Assembly: GCF_009914755.1 (NCBI RefSeq)
Contig: NC_060927.1
Length of the DNA stretch: 64,000 bases
Direction: 5' to 3' (one strand)
DNA from: the human T2T-CHM13v2.0 reference genome, Homo sapiens
The position numbers and the translations under genes were made by a program. This document shows, one piece after another, positions 1 to 11,863 of the stretch. The notes below the pieces were generated by a model. It did no database searches and had not been told where the DNA came from. It worked only from the letters and a program-made list of their open reading frames with translations. Position 1 is the first letter of the stretch. The number at the start of each line of letters is the position of its first letter.

Positions 1-928
1 TTTCCTATTTACCACACTTTGGGGACAGGATCTTAAATCTTCCTATCTTATTCATCTTCACTTTTGAAGTTCTTTCAGAAATGTTCATGCTGATTAATAG
101 TTAAATGATTTAAGTATTAACTTACCCATTTCTAGCATATATAATATAGTAGTAGCCTTTTAGTTGTTTTCTTGCTTCTGAAGCAGCCAGCATCCTTACA
201 CATTTTTTCATTACTCGTTATTGTCCTCAAAAATTGCTCTTCAAGCAAAATGTGGTTTCCTGTATTTCCTGTGTCATTCAATTAATGTATTTCTCCAAGT
301 CTAACCATAAGAACTAGATACCACACACTGTTTCCTAACAGATGGAAAATCCTTATGTTTTCACTTAACATCCCTCTATTAAGCAGCTCTCTCTGGGAGC
401 TGTCTCCCTTGCCCCATTAGTATGTTAAAGCAGCCAGATCCCTGAAATATAAATGATAAAAGTAGATTTCATATCTGACATTTTAAGTTACCAGGCATTT
501 TTCCTTTATGGCTTAATCATTGAGATTTTTGAAGATTATATGTACAGGAGGGGAAAGATTTTTATTTCAGAGACTGGAAAAAAGCAACATAGCATTTTAG
601 TAGATTTCATAAAAATGGAGTAATAGTTAATTTTTATAATTTTTTTAAATTTTATAATTTTTTACTTATAAAATTTTACTCTAGCTATTAAAGACTTCTT
701 TTTTTATAACTACATTTTAACAGCTTTTAATCTAACCTTAATAATAAATATTAGTTCCTTTGCCCAGGGCTTGGAAATAATCAGAAAGAGTTCTCAGGCA
801 AATCTGGCTTTTTAAAATATTTTATCCTGTTGTATTTTGTTGAGATTTCTTGGGAACTGGTACAGGGAAAAGAAGAATAAAAAATAAGATTCATTTATTT
901 CTTATTTGCTAGAAAAAAAGCTGCTATT

Positions 929-983
929 CATACCAAACACACTTTTGGACTACAGGGCAATTAAAAAGAATTCAGTACTAAGA
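929..983 (+). mobile_element. Tiny L1 ORF2 (endonuclease-region) fragment with TSD
   Basis: Resembles L1 at ~41637-41695; flanked by aaaaaaagctgctatt at 913-928 and 984-999. Confidence 0.6.
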
Positions 984-1389
984 AAAAAAAGCTGCTATTG
1001 TTTTCTTCACTGGCAGAAGCAGCGAGTAAGTGGCAACTCATGACTCTAATGATGCATCATCCCTAGGCAGATTATTTATAATGCATATGTAAAGTCAGTA
1101 TCACTAGTGAAATCTATATGTATTTAACCCTGAATCTTCAATCTCTTTTATCTTTTACTTTGAGGAAACCTATTCTTGGTTTACTTGATACCCGAACTAG
1201 TTTGGTATAGAACTGAACAATTAACTTCTACATCAATTTGTCTGCACTGTGACTATTTTAACTAGCTCAGTTTCAAGCCTTGTTTAAAAATGGTAATTCC
1301 TCTTTCTAAATTTAATTTTATGTCCAAATGTTTTTGTTACAGCCTGGCCAAATTCAGGTCCCCATCTAACTTACTATCATATTTATTCA

Positions 1390-1960
1390 AAGACTGAAAG
1401 AAGGCCACAAGGATGAAGCATGAATGAAGGGTGGATTGGTATGAGATGAGACAGGATGTGGGGGTAGAGGGATCAAATCATATATAGCTATATGAAGGCC
1501 ATCATAAGGAGGTCAAATTTTATTCTCAGGGAAGCCATTTAAATTAGAATGGCATGATGTGATATTTCATTTTTAAAAGATCACTCTAGGTGCTAAAAAC
1601 TACATGGGGCAGGACTAGATGGGAGACCAGAGAGGAGGCTCTTAGCATAATCTAGAAGATTAGACCAGAGTAATCAAGGTGATGGAGAGAAGGGGAAAGA
1701 TTCAGGACATGTTTTGCAGATAAAAGGTTCCAGGATCTGGTGACAGATGGTATGAAGGCTCTAAGCAAAAGAAGCATCAAAGATAGGCCTAGGCCTGATA
1801 TTTAGTTCATGCCACTGCCTTGGCTACCTAGGTCTTTGTGTGAGTCTTGTTATGAAGGGCCAATACTTTTCTGTATCTGATGAGCCAAAGTTTTGGGCTT
1901 GAAATGGGGAAAAATCATGGATGAACAAGTTTAAAGAGGAGACAATCTAAGTTCTGTCCA
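1390..1960 (-). mobile_element. L2 fragment
   Basis: Typical L2 motifs (ttttaaaagatcactct, gatggagagaag...gattcagga). Confidence 0.55.
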
Positions 1961-2180
1961 GCTACATGTTTTAACATTCCCAGATTGATGAGATTTACTT
2001 TAAAAGTACCTTCATGAAATTTTTCTGAAACTTTATTCTACAGCAGTTCCAAAAACATTCCAGACAAAAGTGTGTCTTATTGTTTCATATAACAGACATG
2101 AATCTGATTTCTTCCACAACTTCTGACATCTTATCCACTAGTGAATTAGCAAAGTTTTGTTAGCCTGCAGGGGTTTCTAT

Positions 2181-2380
2181 GAGGGTTTCTCACCCTCAGC
2201 ACTACTGACATTTAGATGGGGTACTTTGGTTTAGGGGGCTGTTCAGTACATTATGGGATGTTTAGCACCATCTCTGGTCCACAAGATGCCAGCCGCAACT
2301 CTCAGTTATGAAAACCAAAACTGTTTCCAGATATCACCAAATGTCCTTTGGGAGCAAAATCATCCCCAGTTTAGAACCCA
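2181..2380. mobile_element. MER20-like hAT DNA transposon
   Basis: agggtttctca...gggatgtttagca...ccagatatcaccaaatgtcc...agaacc pattern. Confidence 0.7.
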
Positions 2381-3516
2381 ACTCATGGTGCTAATAGTAA
2401 CAAAACTAACACTTATAAAGCACTTGTTATAGCCCTTTTATAATACTACCAGAGCCAGTAGGTAATGTTTAAAATCTTATAAATCATAAAAATAGATAAA
2501 TGCCTTTAATTTCTATTTTAAATGTAATTGTAAATCCACTCAACAATTGATGTTGGACCACAGCCTTTTGAGTATGAATCCACTGGCTGGATTTCCAAAT
2601 TGCCATGGTACATGAAGCATTTTCTACCATTTTTAGTTTCAAGTATTTTAGTGGGGGAAAAACTGGATTCTGCTTTCATCCTTGCTTTCTACATTTGTCC
2701 AGTCTTTTAGTTTTTTTACCCATACCCAATTTAACCACTTTTTGACTGGGGATGGGTTGAGGGGAGCAACTAGCTTTTTTTTTTAAAGTATTTCTAATGC
2801 ATTCAACCTAGCTTTCAAATAAAACCAGAAGTCTTTTACACTCACAGTTTATGGACTGCTGAATATTTAACTAAATTACATAATTACCCTAAGTAAAACA
2901 AACAGGTTCAATGACCACTGCCACTAGCCTTTTGTAAGCATGCAGCTGATCATCTGTTGGGACAAAAGCATAAGGTTGGTTAGAGAATAGCCTCCTAGCC
3001 AGTCTTCTACCATGTGATAAGTAAGTATGCCTATCGGCTAGTTTTACTAGGTAAAAATTGGTTAAGAGGTATTGTATGTGCGAAACACCATGTAAATTAC
3101 TCTACTTGCATTATCTCTTTTAATCTTCACAACAACCCTAATACATAATTATGTTAATGTTTGTGTTTTGCCTTTGAGAAAACAAACATAAAGATAAGTG
3201 TTTTACATAAAGTTACATAGCTAATAAAAGGACCAGGATGGGAACCTCAGGCATTCTAATATGTGCTTTACCATTTCATCACAAGTCCAAGGCCATAAAG
3301 GTTAATTTGCTACAGAGCACTAAGCTCCAGTTTGGTCCATGATCACAAACTGTACCTTGGAATCTTGACCTGTCATCTTCAAACTAAGTGCTACGGCAAT
3401 AAAATATGGGATATTAATATAAATCTACTACTTGGAACAATTCAAAGGATTGATAAGAAAGCTCAGTGATTCCAAATCATCAAGTCTATACATTTAAAGA
3501 TAACCCAAATATACCT

Positions 3517-3900
3517 GTATTAGTTTCCTATTTATTTGATAACAAATCAACAAAAGCTTAATGCCCTAAAACAACAAAAATATATTATCTATAGGTTAGA
3601 AGTTTGACACAGGTCTCACAGGGCCAAAACCAAGGTGTCAGCAGGACTGTGTTCCTTTCTGGAGGTTCCAGGGAAGAATCCATTTCCTTACCTTTTCTGG
3701 CTTCTGGAGGGCACTCAATTCCTTGACTTGTGACCCTTCTTCCCCCTATCTTCAAAGCCAGTAGTTGCATCTCCCTGACCATTCATCTGTAGCCACATCG
3801 CCCCGACTCTGAATTTTCCTGCTTCCTTCTTCCACTTTTCAAAACCCTTGTGATCACATTGAGCTCACATGGATAATACAGGCTGATCTCCCTACCTCAA
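3517..3900 (-). mobile_element. MLT1 (MaLR) LTR
   Basis: tgtattagtttcctat...aaggtgtcagcaggactgtgttcctttctggagg...gaatccatttcctt. Confidence 0.75.
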
Positions 3901-4626
3901 TAAAATGAGCCTTAGAGCCTTGGCACAGCTTTGAGCCACAGTCAGTTCCTGTTCAGCTACATTAACTGTTTTGTTTTTAGTAGGCGTTTTCAAAAGGTGA
4001 TGTGACTCAAAGGTTGATTTGTATGAGAAATCAGTCATGATTGAATTGCATAACTATCTGTCCTCAAAGTCCATGTAAATAGATCTATGTAATTATAATT
4101 AAAAACAATAATTGCAGATATATCAGAGGTCCTTTAGTCTTCTAATAGTTGAGTCTAATAAGTCTCACCAAATTCCACACACAAGATTCTAACACATGTA
4201 CATATGCATTTGTTACAGAATGTAATTTAGATACTATAGTAACCAAATTCAAGGTAATGGACAAAACTTAGTAATTTTCATTAAAGCTTTCTATTTCGGG
4301 CTTCTCCTGAATGTGTGTTTTAAATGACTAGGACATTAAAGGGATTGTTTCAGAAGAACTATCAGCACCTTTTTTATGTGTCATGTTCATCCAGACTATC
4401 CATCCAGATAATTGCTTTATTTCTGATATGTCTTCCAAGGTTGTTACCCCGTGTGGGATAGGCAATGAATTTAACTGTCTTTTGTCCCTAAAAGTTTTAT
4501 AAGTTTTTATCTAACATATTCATGTAGTGGAAAAAAACTCACAAAAGTGCTTTCAAGCATTCACAGTGGTGTCTAAGCCACTATTAATTGAAAAAGCTGC
4601 TGTATTTAAAAAAACTGCTAGTTCCT

Positions 4627-4712
4627 GTGAACCAAGATCATGCCACTGCACTCCAGCCTGGGCCAAAAGTGCGAGACTCCGTCTCCAAAAACAAACAAAC
4701 AAACAAACAAAC
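4627..4712 (+). mobile_element. Severely 5'-truncated Alu with (AAAC)n tail
   Basis: Alu 3' end (ccactgcactccagcctggg...gagactccgtctc); 17-bp TSD aaaaactgctagttcct at 4610-4626 and 4713-4729. Confidence 0.9.
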
Positions 4713-5429
4713 AAAAACTGCTAGTTCCTTTAAAAACTTAAAAAACACTGGAACTCCAAAAAGAGCTATGAATTAATAAATTTCTATTATAAAACTGATA
4801 AATTCCACAGTAAGACAATTAAAGTGGCAATATTAATAGTATACCCTTTATTGAATACCTATGTGCCTGGCCCTTTGCTCATTTCATCCTTATAACCTGC
4901 AAGGTAAGTTAATCTTTTTACTGATAAAGAACTGGATGGCAAAGGCTAAGCAACTTGCCAAGCACCACAGAATTTGGTAAATGCTAGAGATTTGAAGTCC
5001 AGTGTGACTCATTTCAATTCTGTTTTTATTTGCTAATATAGTTAAACATTTGAGTATATTCTCATGTTTCCATTTTTATTTAAAAAATGACTCAGTTTGA
5101 ACATTTTAGTAGTGAAATTTTATCTGGCATTAAATATTTCAAAACTAGCATTTGGTTAGGTAGAACACTGATGTAATTATGAGTCTTACTAAAATATTTT
5201 GCAAAGATAATCAAGGTAAACAAATTTGTCATCAATTTTTAACTAGTTTAGGTAAAATGTTAATTACTTAAATTGAAACTTCAGGTCCTAGGACTTAGAT
5301 AAGCAGATCCTTGAGTCCGATGCAAAAGGCATCATTCAAAGATAAATACATCAAAAGGCAGTAACTGAGGACTAACTTGAAAAGTTTGAAAGGTGAAAAA
5401 ATAGTTCTCTACATATTTTCTGTTTTCAG

Positions 5430-5510
5430 GAGATGAGTATGATGTATGTGCCATTTGTTTGGATGAGTATGAAGATGGAGACAAACTCAGAATCCTTCCC
5501 TGTTCCCATG
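5430..5510 (+). CDS. RNF13: RNF13 penultimate coding exon (first half of the RING-H2 domain)
   Basis: Acceptor ttttcag| at 5429 and donor |gtatga at 5511; 81 nt, phase 1-1; translates (G)[26 protein letters not shown], matching RNF13. Confidence 0.97.
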
Positions 5511-5683
5511 GTATGAGTAATTACGTACTGCTTTGAATTTACATATAGTAATTTATATTTAGGTTCCATATTCCAGGGGAAGAGATGGAAAATAGTTATT
5601 AGCACACCAGAAGCCAGGCCCTGTACTAATTAGTGGTCTCATTCAAGGATGGAGGTGTATTTATAAAAATTTATAAACTTTCA

Positions 5684-5992
5684 GGCCGGGCATGGTGGCT
5701 CACGCCTGTAATCCCAGCACTTTGGGAGGCCGAGGCAGGCAGATCATGAGGTCAGGAGATCGAGACCATCCTGGCTTACACAGTGAAACCCCGTCTCTAC
5801 TAAAAATACAAAAAATTAGCTGGGTGTGGTGGCGGGCGCCTGTAGTCCCCAGCTACTAGGGAGGCTGAGGCAGGACAATGGCGTGAACCCAGGAGGCAGA
5901 GGTTACAGTGAGCTGAGATCGTGCCACTGCACTCCAGCCTGGGTGACAGAGCAAGACTCCATCTCAAAAAAAAATAAAAATAAAAATAAAAA
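5684..5992 (+). mobile_element. Alu (Y/Sc-like) in the RNF13 last intron
   Basis: Full dimer, A-tail, TSD ataaactttc. Confidence 0.95.
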
Positions 5993-6080
5993 ATAAACTT
6001 TCTTCCCGTCCCTACATGATACATACAGAACACTGAATAAATATGGCAAGAGATTAAATATAAAAGTATCAACCGCAGCA

Positions 6081-6087
6081 TACTAAC
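6081..6087 (+). promoter_or_regulatory. RNF13: Branch-point sequence of the RNF13 last intron
   Basis: Perfect TACTAAC 26-32 nt upstream of the 3' splice site at 6113. Confidence 0.75.
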
Positions 6088-6113
6088 TAAAGATGTATAT
6101 TTTGCTTCAACAG

Positions 6114-6478
6114 CTTATCATTGCAAGTGTGTAGACCCTTGGCTAACTAAAACCAAAAAAACCTGTCCAGTGTGCAAGCAAAAAGTTGTTCCTTCTCAAG
6201 GCGATTCAGACTCTGACACAGACAGTAGTCAAGAAGAAAATGAAGTGACAGAACATACCCCTTTACTGAGACCTTTAGCTTCTGTCAGTGCCCAGTCATT
6301 TGGGGCTTTATCGGAATCCCGCTCACATCAGAACATGACAGAATCTTCAGACTATGAGGAAGACGACAATGAAGATACTGACAGTAGTGATGCAGAAAAT
6401 GAAATTAATGAACATGATGTCGTGGTCCAGTTGCAGCCTAATGGTGAACGGGATTACAACATAGCAAATACTGTTTGA
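6114..6478 (+). CDS. RNF13: RNF13 last coding exon (second half of RING-H2 plus acidic, Ser-rich tail)
   Basis: Acceptor caacag| at 6113; (A)[28 protein letters not shown]...[11 protein letters not shown] at 6476-6478; splices in frame with 5430-5510. Confidence 0.97.
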
Positions 6479-7505
6479 CTTTCAGAAGATGATTGGTTTA
6501 TTTCCCTTTAAAATGATTAGGTATATACTGTAATTTGATTTTTTGCTCCCTTCAAAGATTTCTGTAGAAATAACTTATTTTTTAGTATTCTACAGTTTAA
6601 TCAAATTACTGAAACAGGACTTTTGATCTGGTATTTATCTGCCAAGAATATACTTCATTCACTAATAATAGACTGGTGCTGTAACTCAAGCATCAATTCA
6701 GCTCTTCTTTTGGAATGAAAGTATAGCCAAAACATAAAAAAAAAAAAAATCCTCAGTATAGCTTGCAATTAAGACCTAGATCACAGTATTTAAGTGTTTT
6801 GCGTTTTATACATGAGGTCAGTGCTACAGCCACCTAGCATGAACTAACCCAGCTTCCACCTCCATAAAGTTACCTAGAGTTGTTGAGTTGGAATATGTTC
6901 TGGCATTTACCTGACCTGCCAATCATTAGGGAGAGGCAACAAGGTAATTCAGCCTTTCCTCCTATCAGCACAAAGAAACTCAAAGCTGTTTTTTCCCTTT
7001 CTGTTCCAAAGCAGTCTTATCCTGACAGGAGCGGTCTATACTAGTGCAGATTTCAACACTTTTTTTTAACGTTTTAATTACTATAGTGTTATGTAGAGAT
7101 TTGATTGAGCAGCTAATGTTTCTGAACTTTACTTACTAATTTTCAGTGTCCTTAAGGGTTCTGTAGTGTTATCAAAGCAAAAAGAAAATGCTGCATAAAA
7201 ATACCAAACTTCAGCAACTGTTAATACTCAGATCATATACCTCTTAATAAATAGCATCTTATGCTAATTAGCCCTGCTAAACTATGTACAGAGGAAACTG
7301 TTCAAGTATTGGATTTGAAAGTAAGTGACTTATGTTTAACAGAACTAATGATGTATTGAAACACTGTATTATGAAAAGCTAAATTATACATCATTGTAAC
7401 TATGTAGAAAGTGTAGACTAATGTATAATCAAAATGCTAAGGATTTTTATATGGCCTTGTATGAGGGGAGTTTGAATGTTAATAAACATGTTTTCCACTT
7501 TAAGA
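6479..7505 (+). other. RNF13: RNF13 3' UTR
   Basis: AT-rich sequence after the stop; AATAAA at 7246-7251 and 7481-7486. The end is approximate. Confidence 0.8.
7481..7486 (+). terminator. RNF13: RNF13 poly(A) signal
   Basis: AATAAA followed by GT/T-rich sequence (tgtctgttctactgt). Confidence 0.7.
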
Positions 7506-10292
7506 TCCAGTAAATGTCTGTTCTACTGTAGTATTACTTACCATATTAGCCTTATTTATATATATCCTATAAAGTGATAATGATTGAGGTCAGAGAAATC
7601 ACATCACCTTAGGACTTTATACAAGGTAACTGACCATTCACATGCAGTTAGGTAATATCCCAAAAAGTTTAGACTGCTGCCAAAATTATTCCAAAAATAA
7701 ACAGTGTACATTTTGGTACCCTGTTGTAAATTATGGTATATCGAGGGAAAATTTCACTTTCCAAATTGCCTTTTAAAAAATAATGTTCATAATCAGGAAA
7801 AAAATAAATAGGTATTTCTACTTTGGAAAATAAACGGTTGAATTCAACATCAGCTATCTGATACCTCATCCCTCTTCCCCTTTTTTATAAAAAATTAAAG
7901 AACCACAGGCCTGAGAAACAGGACATCAAAGGTTACCACGGTAGTTAAGCAGAGTTTGGAATTTGACATAATTGTATGGCCCTAACCTTTTTAAACCTGC
8001 TTGGTCATTTGCATAATTTTCATTTAACCTAAGAGGGTGTGAGGAGAAAACATTGAGCTCAGTATCTGGCACATCAATGCGCAATAAGTAATAGCCTTCA
8101 AAATAATTATTATTAAATAAAAACAAACCTAAAACAATATTTTAAAATAGGAAAAGGGAAAAAAGTAAAAAGTCACGGTAATGGTTAAGTATGTATTAGA
8201 TGTTATATTCCCTCAGTCTTTAATCCAAAGTTTAGAATAAGGACCTGGTCCCTTTATGTTAGGAGTTTTATGGAAAAAAAAATTTTTTTTTGAAATTCCA
8301 AATAATTACTAACTAACTGTAAAAAAAAATCTACGAAGTGTCTTATTTAGCAGCACTGGCTAGGGCTGTTACTAGGTTCTGTGAATGTTCACTTGAAATG
8401 TTCTATAATTTCATGGTATAGCTTTTCAAACAGGACAGTAGGTGCAATTAAAATCCAATTTCTATTTAAAAAACATTTAAAACTTTCTTGATTACAAAAG
8501 TAATATTAACACTAGAAATCAAAATATAGTCACCTGGAAACTTTCACTCCAGAGATAAATTTATCTTAATATATTGCCTTCAGAAATACATATGTAAAAT
8601 ACATGTATATTAATACTGTATGTATGTGCACTGTCATGTGACATGTTTATATCCTTATATTATTAACATTCATTGGTAAACATTCTTATGTCATTCTTCA
8701 ATGACTATTTTGTCCTATGGACTTAAAATCATTTATTCAAACCATACCCCTTAAAAAGCTGAACTTTGTAGATATTTTCCAAGTTTGGATGTCATAAGTA
8801 ATGCAGCATGATGGACATTCTGGTATACAAATTTGTATAGCTTCATTTCCATATGCTAAATTCCTAGAACTAAGTACAAAGCAAAGTACGCATGTATGTA
8901 TTTCCCTAAGTATTTTTCTAATGAAATTGTGGGTAGAAAGCCATGAATAGTTTCATTATATACTATTTTAGTGATACACTCACCCTTTACCACCTTCTCT
9001 ACCCACAACCTCCTCTCTGAACACACACATACACACTGCCCCTTCACCTACTTACAGATTAATTAAGAGTTTCAGAATTTTGGTCACTGCCTTCTATAAT
9101 TGGTTACCCTAATAGTTCTTTACATGTAAAGTGTGAATGTGTATTATTGTAAAATCTCAAATCATCACAACTCAACCACCAAATTTTCATTTGCCCCGTC
9201 TTTTGGCCTTAACAGGTCAAGAAACTGATACCAGGTTTTTATTATAGTTTTACAATTTCTAGGTTATGTCCAACTACCAAAATAGCCCCAAATCCTTTAT
9301 CTCCCATATTTGTACATCCCTGTGTATGTACAACCATATTCACAACCAGTGCCTGACAACTAGTCAAAGAAAAAAAAACTTTCATTATGCATAGTATATT
9401 TTAAGACAGGTTAATTCCTATTCCCTAACCCATTTTTTCTCAAAAGGTAGCATATACACCACTTAAAATGAATCAGACTGACTCAGTGATTGTTTCTGAA
9501 AAGGGATTCCTGGGCTTATGGACTCTCCATCTCCAGAGTGGAACCCCAGAGTCCATAGTCTGCCTTATAACCAGCTCCCCAGTTTTACTGAGACCTACTA
9601 ACTTTTGAGCACCCCTGGCTCTAAGCGTCCGCTTGACAGTTGTTGGTAATAATGATTTATGTAAATAGCCCTAAATTTACATATTTATCAAACTTCAATA
9701 TATATCAGGGATTTTATGGCCTCTGGATTTAAACCTATTACATAGCCATGGTCAACATGTCACTACAAAGCCAAAAAATGCAAAAGCATCCCAATTATCT
9801 TATATGCTGCCTAAGGAATGTCTTCTGCTCTTATGTGGGAGGGCCCCAGCTGGCTGACTTCAGCCTGCCAACACAGCTTCCAAATCTAAAGTCATATGAC
9901 ATTTCAATACAGAAAAATCCACAATAGTGCAGAAACCCTTCTTGGTACTCCCTTTACTATTAGATTTCACATCTAGAAACCAGCAAGAAGAGGAAAATAC
10001 TTATTTTCTAGCAGATAAGTCAGTTGCTTCTCACATACTCCTGAAGATGAGCCTGAAATGACTAAAAGCTATGTGTAACAGATCAGAGTCCATTAAAAAG
10101 AAATTCCCAGGCACTAATTTTATCTGTAATATTACTTGAAGTAGGCCATCACCTAATATTGCTGAAGTTTTATGCTTGCAGCAGACTTTGGCCTATTCTG
10201 TGTATTCCCACTTTGTCAAAAATCAACTTTTAACAGTTTATATAAACAATGTATATAAACAACAGGAGCCTAGAGTATTTGGTTGGAATAAA

Positions 10293-10298
10293 TTTATT
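10293..10298 (-). terminator. PFN2: PFN2 poly(A) signal
   Basis: Minus-strand AATAAA with a GT-rich downstream element (tgttgttt...ttgttt). Confidence 0.75.
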
Positions 10299-11280
10299 TC
10301 ATCTGTCTGTAAACAAGGTGTTTAATAGTTATGGCATTTTTTTAAATGCATATTAAATCAGATGAGTTAGACTGTATCCCAGATGTAACAAAGTGCAGGG
10401 AAAGAAATGGACAAATCAGCAACAAGATTTGTTTTTAAATCTGTACATTATCCACAAGGCCCAAACAATAGAAGCAAATACTAGAATGTCCCTAAAGTAG
10501 TGCCATTCGAAAGAAACCCTTAATAGGTCAGTTAAAATCCATCTCACAATAGCAACAGTTCATTTTAACAATAGTATGGCACAGAATACATATGAAAAAA
10601 ATTCATCACAAGACAGCCAAGTCCACAATAATGCAACTTCATATAAAAACTCAAGCTGCAAATAAAAATTGGTCCTATGAAGAACAAACTGGACACACTC
10701 CAGATGGTTATGTTGGGATACCTAATGTCCATAATGGCAGCCTTTTACAATTTTACTAAAGAGTAGAGCTGGTGTGCAAAGAAAAAGGAAGAAAAATCTG
10801 AGCTATTGCAATGATGGAATGTCCCTGGGGATTCAATCAGTATGGTTACTGTAAGGTCATGGGAGGAAGTGCTTTTTGCTCTTGTTTTGCCATTGCACTC
10901 TTCATATGTCCTGTAGACACTATGAATAAAGGTTTGTCTCTGCTCAAGTGCAACAACAATACTAAAAGCAAACTACTGCAGCTCTCAATAGCTCATCAAC
11001 AAAAGGGATTTTAATTGGTTAAAAAAAAACAGGCACTGCATAAAAAAAGATGGAAGCAAACCAAATGCCTATGTGCGAAGGGAGGGGGGGGCGGGAAAAA
11101 GAGAAGAGTGAAGGAATGATGCATGCACTTTTTCCTCCCAACCATGCGCTACAAAAGGAAGACTAAATGAGCCAAGTAAATGCTCAAAGTGCTGAAAAGA
11201 CACTGATCAGAGATTGTACAACCGGCACCTTGCTTAATATTAACTTATTTTAGTAATCAATATCCCATTAATTGCTAAGA

Positions 11281-11310
11281 CAAAGTGATGCCCAACTTGG
11301 CATGCCCCCT
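11281..11310 (-). promoter_or_regulatory. PFN2: Atypical iron-responsive element (IRE) hairpin in the PFN2 3' UTR
   Basis: mRNA AGGGGG-C-AUGCC-AAGUUG-GGCAU-CACUUUG: unpaired C, 5-bp upper stem, 6-nt loop; agrees with my recollection of a described PFN2 IRE with an AAGUUG loop. Confidence 0.75.
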
Positions 11311-11541
11311 CCCCCCAATTTCAAGGTATCATGCAAATCATTATTGTGCTGCAATTATGTTGCCAGATAAGGGTTGGTTACATACAGTGGTTAACATACA
11401 AATGATCCATTGGGCAAACAGGAATCATGACATTAGAAAATAGGTAAAGAAAAATTAGCTACCATCTACAGTTTGGTAGCATTGTGACCATAATTAGGGT
11501 TGTTGATGAAGACAGTTGCTAGGTAGATGGGGAGAGGCTGC

Positions 11542-11639
11542 TTACACATCAGACCTCCTCAGGTATAAAGCGAGTTCATATGCTTTCTTGTTAAGTGTGC
11601 CTCCGTGGACACCTTCCTTTCCCATGACTATAACCAATG
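11542..11639 (-). CDS. PFN2: PFN2 terminal coding segment, isoform IIb
   Basis: Acceptor ccag| at 11640-11641; (A)[31 protein letters not shown] then TAA; 98 nt. Confidence 0.95.
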
Positions 11640-11863
11640 CTGGAGTACACAAGGAAACAAAACAAAAGTGAACAGAATTATTTTGGGGGGGGAGGGCAGA
11701 AAGAAAGACACCTTTCCCCACCAACAGAGGGATACAAAGGAGACACAGGTTCATACCCCATCACCCTGCATTGCTAATAAAATTTCCAGAATTAAGACTT
11801 AAGCTTATAGCTAGGAAAGTTTAAGAGCAATTTTCCCCTAATACTTAACAGTCTGCCTAGCAG

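Larger units (their letters stand above)
10270..11541 (-). other. PFN2: PFN2 common 3' UTR
   Basis: Lies between the IIb stop (11542) and the poly(A) signal at 10293; repeat-free and rich in miRNA seed matches. Confidence 0.85.

Noticed and set aside
5800-6081. Alu-derived ORFs (also at 18665, 30708, 31467, 32244, 32942, 37501, 39770, 57202, 62797)
   Set aside because: Typical Alu translations ([25 protein letters not shown]); not genes.
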